Below, piece by piece: positions 53,767-64,000 of a DNA stretch of 64,000 nucleotides (its first letter is position 1; each line of letters opens with the position of its first letter). Location of the stretch: positions 12,896,001-12,960,000 of the forward strand of contig CM022677.1 in assembly GCA_012295275.1 (NCBI GenBank), read 5' to 3'. Position numbers and translations under genes: made by a program. This stretch comes from Chrysomallon squamiferum. Its lineage: Eukaryota; Animalia; Mollusca. The notes beneath the pieces were generated by a model. It worked only from the letters and a program-made list of their open reading frames with translations, was not told the origin of the DNA and ran no database searches.

Positions 53767-53833
<67 letters not shown>

Positions 53834-54376
53834 CATACTGAATTATCAAGTGGGAAAGACAACAAGATATAAATATTCATAAATAAAGAGAATGTGATGT
53901 TTATTATTACAGATAGATATATAGAAAGACAGACAGATAGCTGTGAACTGTTATTACTACACTACTACATACTATATAATCACTCACCATGACCTTTCAA
54001 CATGGCTGCAGTGTCAGAAGTTGACTGTTTCCTTTATCTGTGAGAATGGCTGGACAGCGCATCATATTACCCAGCATTCCTAGAGGAAGATAAACAAATA
54101 AATAAATGACAAATTTCAATAAGTATGAACCATATAAATGTTAAAATAAAAAAATAACACTAACTGTTTACCAGGATGTCCTCCAAGTGCTGTCAGTTTA
54201 ATCAAGAAGCTGAAGAGACAATTACAAGATGATTCAGTTTTCTCCCCTGAATTCTTGACAGTGAGACCTTATAAATAATTTAAAAAGAAAAAACAATGCA
54301 ACAACAGCATTAACAATAATAAAACTTTTTATTTAGTATTCCTTCTTCTTTCTTATTTTTACCATTGGATTAAATT

Positions 54377-54437
54377 AGATTAGAGTTAGGGTTAGGATTA
54401 GGGCTAGGACTAGTGTTAGGGTTAGGTTCAGGCTAGT
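54377..54437 (+). repeat. Short degenerate interstitial (TTAGGG)n-like tract
   Basis: ttagagttagggttaggattagggctaggactagtgttagggttagg. Confidence 0.7.
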
Positions 54438-54959
54438 TATTTATTTATTTACTTATTTATTTTTTATTATTATTGTTTCTTTTTTATTATTTTTATTTTT
54501 ATTGTTCTTTATTTGTTAAATAAATTTATTTATTACCAATGGCAGCATCCAACTTTGTGGAAAGTTCTTCTATTTCATTTTCTTGTAAATTTTTCTTCTA
54601 GTTGTTAAGATACAACACTGTCAGTAACAACAGTCCCTTCTTCCCTGAAGGATAATACAAAATATTTTAAAAACTTAAATTTAAAATCTAAGGAAGCAGG
54701 AACTACTACTATGACTATTGCAACTACAGCTGCTGTTCCTACTGCACTCTATTAAAACTACAAAGCTGCTATTATTATTATTACTACTACTACTATTAGA
54801 ATAGTGATAGTAAAAGCTAATGTGTAGCTGTAGTTATAGTAGGCAGTAGTAGCTGCAGTAGTATTACTAAACTAGTTATTATTACTACTCCTGGTACTAC
54901 TACCTACTATAACTACAGCTTCACATTAGCTTTTATTATCTCTATCCTACAATGTTAGC

Positions 54960-55025
<66 letters not shown>

Positions 55026-55519
55026 TACTCTTTCTAGATGTTTTGATACAGTAATAGCTGTTATTATTACTATAGCTACATCATAGCTGCTACTGTCACT
55101 ACCATGTTACATGTTGCTGCTGATGTTTTTGTTGCTAATTACATCTCTGTTACAAATAATAAAGAACTGAAAACTATTGTATTTACAAGATGCTATTCAG
55201 ATGTGTTATTTTTCCGCCTGTGTAGGTATAGTAATAAAATTAAACAGAACAAATCTCAAACAATATGCACGCTTCTATTTCAATATTTTGAATTAAAAAA
55301 ATTAATATTTTCTGAAAAATCAAAAAATAATTTATTACCTAATGAGTTTCCACTCAAGCTCTTTAACTCAGACATGTGTCCCTTGATGGTATAAACAAAG
55401 ACTAAAGACACCGTCAGTTTCAATCTTAAATTTAAATAAAACTGGCCTGAGTATTTTGTACAAAGCATTTAAACATACAAACTGATAACCAAATATTTCT
55501 TAATACATACACAAACACA

Positions 55520-56740
55520 CACACTGTTATCAGAGTAGCAAGTATCACTATTGCTGATACACATGCACTCACTCATGCACACATACACACTGAGTAGTAG
55601 AAATGATCTATTTTGCTGATACACGTATTACCTGTGTAGCAATAATCACTATTGCTGATATACACACACATACACTAGTATCAGAAAAGCAATTATCACT
55701 GTTGCTGATATACTCACACACACACACACACATACTAATATCAGAGTAGCAATTATCACTATTGCTGATACACATACATACACTATTATCAGAGTAGCAA
55801 TTATCACTATTGCTGATATACTCAAACACAAACACACACACATATACTATTAATAGAGTAGCAGATATCACTATTGGTGATACACACACAGACTCCTAAG
55901 CACAAACAAATACTATTATCAGAGTAGCAGTTATCACTACTGCTGATTGACAGATGGAAACACTATTATCACAGTGGCAATTATCACTAGTGCTGATACA
56001 AACACACACACATTTATAAGTGTAGCCGTTATCACTATTGCTGATATACTCACATACACACATACTTTTATCAGAGTAGCAATTTTCACTACTGCTGATT
56101 GACAGATGGAAACACTATTACCAGAGTAGCAATTATCACTATTGCTGACACACACTGACACACACACACACACACACACACACATTATTACTATTGCTGA
56201 CACACACACACACACACACACTATTATGAGAGGTAGCAATTATCACTATTGCTGATACACTTACACAAACACACACACACACCATTATCAGAGTAGTAGT
56301 TATCACTATGTCTGATACATTCAAACACACACATATACTATTATCAGAGTTGTAATTATCACTATTGCTGATACACTCATACAAACACACACACATACCA
56401 TTATCAGAGTAGTAGTTATCGCTATGTCTGATACACTCAAACACACACATATACTATTATCAGAGTTGTAATTATCACTATTGCTGACACACTCACACAC
56501 ACACAAACATGTACACATACATGCACACACTCACACACACATTATTATCAGTGTAGCAGTTATCACTATTTCTGATATACACACACACATACTATTATCA
56601 GAGTAGCAGTTATCACTATTTCTGATACACTCAAACAAACACACATGCACACATCAGAGTAGCAGTTATCACTATTATCACACTCACAGGCACACACACA
56701 CACACACACTATTATCACTATTGCTGATACACACACACAT
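55520..56740 (+). repeat. Composite minisatellite: ~38-bp core (ACTATTATCAGAGTAGCAATTATCACTATTGCTGATAC) separated by variable (CA)n tracts
   Basis: Roughly 20 units inside an intron of the LRR-RRM pseudogene. Confidence 0.92.
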
Positions 56741-57855
56741 ACACACATACAGAGTTAGATATTCTTGGCATATGGTTTAACGAAATTGTCTCTGTCAGAT
56801 ACAGAAAGATAAGGATTATATACAGAATAATTTTTCAAATATTAGAAAAATTTATAAAATTTAAACAAAAGTTACGTAAAGTAAGTTTAATTAAAGATCA
56901 GAACAGTTTCCAATGTCCACATCTTTCAAAGAAAGGAGTTTTCCATGGAAACTCAAACAGCTTGTTGGTTAAACAACTGGAGTTCAGTCTTAATTCCTGT
57001 ATAGAACTTGTTACAGATTTGGAATCTGGAATATCTGGAATAAGTGAAAAACAGTATTAAGAAACCTTAACTATCAGCAGAAAAAGGAAATAAAAGTAGA
57101 AAAATATAATAATAACAAATTTGTCAAACCTAGATAGTTACAGAATGAAATACACATGTGTGTGTGTATATATATATATATATACATACACATACACACC
57201 ACACATACACAGAGAGTGAGAGAGATAGAGAATAATATATATTACAAATCTACATCAACTATCAACTTTAAGTGTTTGGTTATTAAGTTTTGCATCATCA
57301 GGTAAAAAGCTGTCATCTTGGATGATTGAAAACATCAGACAAAAACTGAGTACATTATTTAGTGATCCCAGCTTGTAATAAAAACAAATAAGAACAACAA
57401 TAATAATAATAATAATAATATAAATAATAGTAATTCACAATGTGTAGAACCTACATAAGCAGAAAATAATTTAATGTCAGTGATTAAAATAAGCATGGTG
57501 TGTACAAAAATAATATTGAGCTAATTAATTCTGATTGGCTGATCTCTCTCTGAAGATTGGTTGGTTAATCATTCTGTGGTTTTATTGGTTAATCTCTATC
57601 TGTAGTCTGATTGGTTAATCAAGCTGAGTTCTGATTGACTAGTTACTGACACACCCACCTGATTGCTGCAGTTATTAAGTTCAGTGAGAGAAGAATTTTC
57701 TGTGACTGCAGTACACAAATCTTTTGACCAACATCACTCATATTACACTGACTTTAAATAAATTAAAACAAATAAGAAAATCAATAAATGATAGATAGAT
57801 ACATACATCAAATAGATAGACAGAAGATAGGCAGAAAGATTTATAAATAAATACA

Positions 57856-58262
57856 AATAAATAAACTAATCAACTGTCTACTAAAACTTGTTTTTACAAC
57901 TTTGAAAATAATTTTTAAAAACATAAAGAAAAGAAAGGAAGAAAAAAGAAAGAAAACTAAAAAAATGATAATTAGGAACAAATAAGAAATGATATATAAA
58001 GATAAATTAACTAATCAACTGTCTACTAAAACTTGTTTTAAGAGCATTTTTATAAATTAAAACTATAAATAAATACAACATTATTTAAATTACTGATTCT
58101 AAAGCTATTTATGTTCAGAATTATCAAAAGAGAACTTATAGAAAGATAATATATAATAACTTTGAAAATAATTTTTAAAAAACGTAAAGAAAGAAAGGAA
58201 GAAAAAAGAAAGAAAACTAAAAACATGATAATTAGGAACAAATAAGAAATGATACATAAAGG
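57856..58262 (+). repeat. Local intronic duplication
   Basis: aactaatcaactgtctactaaaacttgtttt and ctttgaaaataatttttaaaaa..gaaatgata each occur twice. Confidence 0.8.
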
Positions 58263-60506
58263 CAGAGACAGAAAAACAGATAAGTATATAGTAATTAGAG
58301 ACATAGTAAGAAAGATAAACATATTTATCTGCACATTTTCAAGAAAAGAAATTCAGACAAACAGAAAAGCAGAGATAGAAATCAAATAAATAAATAGGGA
58401 GGTAGAAAGAGAAACAGACGGATAGACTAAGACATATTTACAGACAGATTTACCTGAATGTTTTTCAAAGATTTAAAATGTGACTAAGTGGATATGTTGG
58501 TGTTAAAGCTTGTGGCTGTTTAAGTCTTGGTCTGGCTGCTTTCAACAAAAATTCCAAGAAGATTAGTCATGATCAAACTTTTTCTGTTCCCTTTCTTTCT
58601 TAGACATTATTTTTTTACCAAAGTACCTCTGCCAATGGGTGGTGGTGTTTCTGGTTTCTTTTCTAGTGTGTCTGAATCTTTCTTTGCACAGGAGTTTGAG
58701 TTTTAGTGGTTGGTGTGGTGATGTCAGTTTGTCTCAGTCTAATGGTGGTACTGGTGTTGCTGTTGCCAACTGCTGTTTCTTTTTTAGTGATGTGAAACCC
58801 ATGTCAGTTCTGTAGAAATAAAAACAAAATTAGAAATAACTAAAAATTATATATATAAACAGAGGGCAGACCTTGAAATTAATAGAAAACATTAAGTGAA
58901 TATAAATACAAATATTTATTGTTAACTATTTAAAAGACACTAATAGTAATAAACAAGTTATCAGTATAATACTGGATCTAAAAAAATTACTAATAATAAT
59001 AATTTCCAGAAAACAAAATATATTGACAAGTTTTCAACTTCATTATTGTTTGGGTTTGTTCAGCAAACACAAGAAATAATGGAAACAGGTTTTTACTTAG
59101 GAAGACAGGACATCTACTCTAGTAACAGAAATATTAATTCTCTGAGATTTTACTAGGTAACTTGTTTTATTAAAACACTAAAAAAAAGTCTGCTCCCCAC
59201 TGAATAAAAAAACCCATAAATAAATAAATACATAAATCAAATATAAATTAAATTAAAATTATAATAATAATATAAATACATACACATACATAATAATAAA
59301 AGAAAATAATTCTAATTCTTCAAATAAAATGAGCAGGAGAACAAAATTAAAAAACAAAACAAAACAAATTAAAATGATAAAAGAAAGACAACTGAAGAAT
59401 TAAAAGAAATAATATTGTATAATTTAAGTAATGTCAGGAAAAAATAAGTAAATAACAAATAATGTTAACATAAAAGAATACACAGAAACAAGGAAATGAA
59501 GAATAAGAAACAAAAAAGAATGAAGAAGAAAATTAACAAGAATAAGAATGGTCATTATTTTGAAAAACAAAAACAAAAAAAAATAAAAAAACAAAATAAT
59601 AAATAAACAATAAAATTCATTAAAATAAAAATTAAGAATTTAAAATATAAAGAAACAAAAAGAAAGAATAAAAAGAACATGTACAGAAACTGGGAGACTG
59701 AAAAATAATAAGTAAATTGTATATTAAAAAAATCTTGCTTATCATTAAAATAACTGAAAATATATACAGACAAGAAAAACAGACAATAAGAAAAAGAAGT
59801 TTGAAGAAATAACAATGTAGAAAAATAACAAGAAATAATAATCATGGTAAATAGGTTAAAAAAATAAACAAAATAACTTTAAAGAAAATAAAAAATGAAA
59901 AGAAATAAAAACAAATAAAGAAATATGAATATCACAGGAATAAGAAGAAACTAGAAGAATAAAACCTAAGAAGACAGAAGAATTCAGATAGTATATGTAT
60001 ATATCCACACACACACACACAGATATATTTAAAATAAGTAAAACAAATAAATTAAATAAATAAATTATATAAAAATAAAAATAATAAAATGTCATAAAAT
60101 AAAATATTACTGAAATAGTAACAAGATAAAGAAATAATACAAATTACAGAGTCCAAATGAAAAGAACTTTGAAATAAAAAAGAAAGCTAAATTAAATGGT
60201 GATGATGATGATGATGATGATGATTATTATTATTGTTATTAGTAGTAGTAGTAGTAGTATCAATATCAAATTTAAATAACAATAATCATAATCATAATAA
60301 TCATCATGATAATAATAATAATTATTATAAATTATTAGAATATTTCTTTTACTGAAATATAGATGAGCTAATCTGCGTTCTTGTTTAGGTTTGATAACAA
60401 CAACTCTGTTAAACAGGCAGATGACAGTCAATTTAAGAAACAACAACAACATAAACAAATATACTTTTAGATGGTCACTACTCATATTACAAAAAAATTA
60501 TAATTA

Positions 60507-60871
60507 GCATGGACCAACAGGAACGATAACTACCATGTAATTAAATGCCATATTTCTCCAAATTACTTTGAACAGAATTGATTGCGTTATAAAGGAATAC
60601 GTGTTTAAAAGTTTGTAAACACTGATCGGCGTTCGACGCTGCCATCTTGGATTTTGATCGGAGGTTTCCGTGAGCTCACGGAAGTTTTTAAATTTCCAAA
60701 TTCAATTATTTTACATCTGTTTTCTGAACTTTTTATGACTTACACTGAAAAAGATAAAGATGGCTGTTCATATTACCAAACCTTGATGTAACGCGCCTTT
60801 TCAACTTAAACAAACTTTTCAAACTGGATTATTTTTATGCATAATAAATTAAAATTCCTGTTGGACCATGC
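60507..60871. mobile_element. MITE with 17-bp TIR flanked by TA (Tc1/mariner-like signature)
   Basis: ta|gcatggaccaacaggaa ... ttcctgttggaccatgc|ta, one mismatch. The interior matches 40110-40395 in reverse. Confidence 0.8.
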
Positions 60872-61207
60872 TACCAATATATCTGCTAAGAATTCAATTA
60901 ACGTCATTATGAGTAGATAAAATATATAAACTTAGATACTATACCATGGTATAGAAGTTGGCTTCTACATTTTACTTTCCATCCAAAGACAATTATTTCT
61001 GGTTTTTCTTATTATTTTTCAAGTTACAAACTTGCTTTGATACCTCGTATCTTAGCGGGTTTGTCGTTGTTATTATTACTCCCCCTAGACCCGCAATCAA
61101 AGAATTTCAGGATTTCGATGTCACATTATTTTGTAGAATACGTGTTTCATTTTTATTTGTTGAAATTAATGTTGATTAGCGTATATGGACGCTATAATGT
61201 ACTTTAT

Positions 61208-61241
<34 letters not shown>

Positions 61242-61559
61242 AATAAACAATTACCTGAATTTGTCCTTACATTGTTATTTCAGTCGGGCAGCATCATTTT
61301 CTGTTTTCACTAATTAAACTGTATTTCACGACTGGCGTATGAGACTTAGTAAAACGTAAGTACAGGGTTTCAAGTTATGAACATGTAGACTATACAATTA
61401 AGTCTATTTTATATCCTCAGCACCCATCAGAGGCGTAGCCAGGTTTGAAAGTTAAAGAGAGAAAACACGCACCGAATATTTATAATAACAATAATAATAA
61501 ATAAATTAAAATATATGACTGTTAGAGATATTCATTTATGCATGTAACGGTTAAAAATC

Positions 61560-62960
61560 TGTATGAACAGTAGAGTTGCCGTCGTTGCCGTCGGAAAGGG
61601 GTTGTTCCTAATGTTCTAGGTGTACTTATCATTATTCTTTTTCTCTTTTTATCAGCTATTATTCTTTCCATCTCAGTTTGTACATCCTATATTATTAATA
61701 TGTCTATTAATGTCGCTACCAACGTAACAGTGTTGTTTTCAAAGTTCGAAGTGAATAATTTTATATAATTATTCACATCGAACGCGAAAGAAAAACGTTT
61801 AAGGAAAATTAGTATTTAGTACTAACACTGAATAACATAATATTTGGTGAGGTTATGATTATGATTATTATTATTGTTGTTGTTGTTATTATTATTATTA
61901 TTATTTGTCAAATATTTTAATTTTTGTAGCTCGAAACAATTATTTCAGTGTTGTACCCTTGATAAGTCCGTACGATGCAAACATTTTATTTATGAGATAT
62001 TTATGGCATTAATATATATTGAAATACATAATTAGTATTACGAAAGAATAAAAGCGCAGAGTCTTGCTGTTTAAGATAATTCTTGATTCTGTTCGGTTGC
62101 TGAGTAGACTTTTCACGTTCCACTCGCTGACCTTCGGATGATGATCAGATACGATGCAGTGTGCCTCCGTGTTTGCCATATTTCACTTAATTCTCACAAT
62201 CTGTTTTTTATGTTTATTAACTATTGTTCATACTTCTCATTATTCTTTAACGCTTTTCAGTGTAATTATCAGTGTAAATCGTGTATTGTCTTAACAAAAA
62301 CACTACGTTACTTTTGATGATTACAAATTATTCTGCCTTAGTGTAATAAACAACACAGACTCCGTTGAGAAATATCACATTAATACAGCTGTTACAGAAA
62401 TATCACATTAATACAGCTGCTAAAGAAATATCGTTTTATCTGGTAGGATATTACAGGTATGATTTCACTTGTTAATATTCAGAAATATAGATGTTGGTTT
62501 TTTTTAAATAACAATAACTTTATATGTGACGTCAAAAATATATCGAGAAATAAAGAGGGCGGATCTAATGTGACAAATTACAAACACCAGAAACATGTTT
62601 CACTGAGAAACTAGGATTAACTTTACACGGCGTTACAATTTTACCACCTCAATCACTGTCTATATTAGATGTTATTAGTTTCTCAACAGAGGTGCGGCGG
62701 TAATATTAACACATTGTTTTGGAAAATACAGCGGGTGATCTTTTTGAATTAACAATATTATAAAAAGAACTGTATGAATATACAGCAGAACTTTGTGGAA
62801 CTAACGTGAGATAAGATACGAAACGTTCACTTTATTAAAAGTAACGTGATATTTTACTTTGCTAATACTAAATCATATAATAAAAAGCCGTTATTTTACT
62901 GTACGTGGAACTTAAATATTTTATACACTACAGAAAATATTATCCTACATAAGTTTATTT
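61560..62960 (+). mobile_element. Another copy of the ~120-bp-subunit repeat family
   Basis: gttgccgtcgttgccgtcggaaaggggttgttcctaatg at ~61575; 62640-62960 matches 17300-17510 and the reverse complement of 28380-28660. Confidence 0.75.
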
Positions 62961-63942
62961 TGTGAATATATATGTTTAAGTAAAGTGCCTTTTGTAAACT
63001 CTGAATGTGAAAAAAGATTCAATATTTGTATTGAAATGTACGCAAACTAATAAAAACATGTTCCTTATATCAGTTCAGGTCTTTTCTTTCATGATGTACA
63101 GTCAGCGATCAAGTGGGTTAAGAGAATTTACATTATCCTCACGTGAAGAAATCACAATTGTTTTCACACGAGTGTTTACAGTAATCATATTCTGTGAAAA
63201 AAGATATATTTTCAGAGATAGCTTTGATGTTGAAGTGTGCACTTATGTAACCAAATGTTTTTCTGAAACGACTGAAGACAAGATTAATAATAACGCAATG
63301 AAAATTATAAATACTATTCTCAAAAACTGTATCAGCACTACCACTGAACATTCAATATAGATGAATAGAAATATTGTTATCTGTCACATTAATCCACAGT
63401 TCTGCCCTATCAAAAAATTATCGGGGCTTTTAGTAAGAAAGAAAAGGAACTCGCGTTATTTGGCAACGTGTTGAACCTTGTCGCTAGACGTCTGTCGCCA
63501 GATCATTCTGTGAAACAAGAACCCGTAACACCCACCACTCCCGACGTGATCATTAATTCAGTAGTTCCCAGGCTTTTTGTTCAGTCGACAGGCCGAGTGA
63601 ACATTCATCATACAAGTGACATTTACAAGCGGAAGATTTTCTGGCAAACTGATACACAAATGTGTTCAAAGTTTTTAGAAGAGATGTTTATTGCATTCGT
63701 AACAGTTCATTTAAATTTATCTGAAAACTGCATTAATAATGAATAACAAGGCAACAACACAAATTGAAAAAATATATATTTAGTTTAAGAAATATCAACA
63801 TTTCTAATTATAACATCTAAATAACAAGTGTATGTTCAAAGTCTGGTAGTAAAACTCAGTTGCCTGAAATAACTATAATCTTTCAATTAACAAGAAAAAT
63901 TACTAAATTAGATAGTCATAGAATTTTATGGTATTTTGAAAG

Positions 63943-64000
<58 letters not shown>

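Larger units (their letters stand above)
52000..58810 (-). pseudogene. Multi-exon pseudogene with RI-type leucine-rich repeats followed by an RRM-like domain
   Basis: LRR-like exons: 57659-57751 (CNMSDVG fs KDLCTAVTENSSLTELNNCSNQ), ~56750-57034 (SSIQELRLNSSCLTNK..KDVDIGNC..ETISLNH) and 54537-54645. RRM-like exons: 53119-53211 (DPVI*SNSGIAWILMSDSVSVDKAIDY, RNP1-like) and ~52815-52900 (IYGQPVRVSRI). Other exon-like pieces lie at 58455-58810, 54172-54268, 53988-54080, 53628-53740, 52367-52412 and 52000-52322. A possible 5' exon lies at ~61255-61320. Confidence 0.65.

Noticed and set aside
54377-54437. Telomere or chromosome fusion site
   Set aside because: Only ~60 bp, degenerate, in one orientation and intronic.
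55520-56740. CRISPR-like repeat-spacer appearance
   Set aside because: The spacers are (CA)n derivatives rather than unique sequences, the context is a eukaryotic intron, and there are no cas genes.
63007-63746. ORFs of 117 and 92 aa
   Set aside because: They start at non-ATG codons and have no recognisable domain or supporting splice structure on the plus strand.

Overview
This is very AT-rich, microsatellite-laden metazoan DNA. TGACCT-type repeats, GT-AG introns and 200-N scaffold gaps suggest a mollusc such as a gastropod, but that is inference. I found no intact protein-coding gene, RNA gene or transposase. Most ORF-track entries are microsatellite or low-complexity artefacts. Manual splicing and translation of the minus strand shows decayed, mostly intron-containing fragments of at least five unrelated genes. 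These are a CAMSAP/Patronin N-terminus with a scrambled exon, joined to an IRAG/LRMP (MRVI1-family) coiled coil plus TM/KASH-like tail (7.1-14.8 kb); a CUB-domain single-pass receptor with PPxY motifs (33.8-35.5 kb); a Topors-type RING gene with 37-aa repeats (43.1-44.0 kb); and an LRR+RRM gene (52-59 kb). They alternate with copies of one CpG-rich repeat family built from ~120-bp subunits. A ~5.7-kb inverted duplication (15991-21694 vs 24410-29966) spans a scaffold gap and may be a real palindrome or a misoriented haplotypic contig. MITEs, minisatellites and local duplications fill the rest. Family assignments come from motifs recognised by eye; no database search was run.
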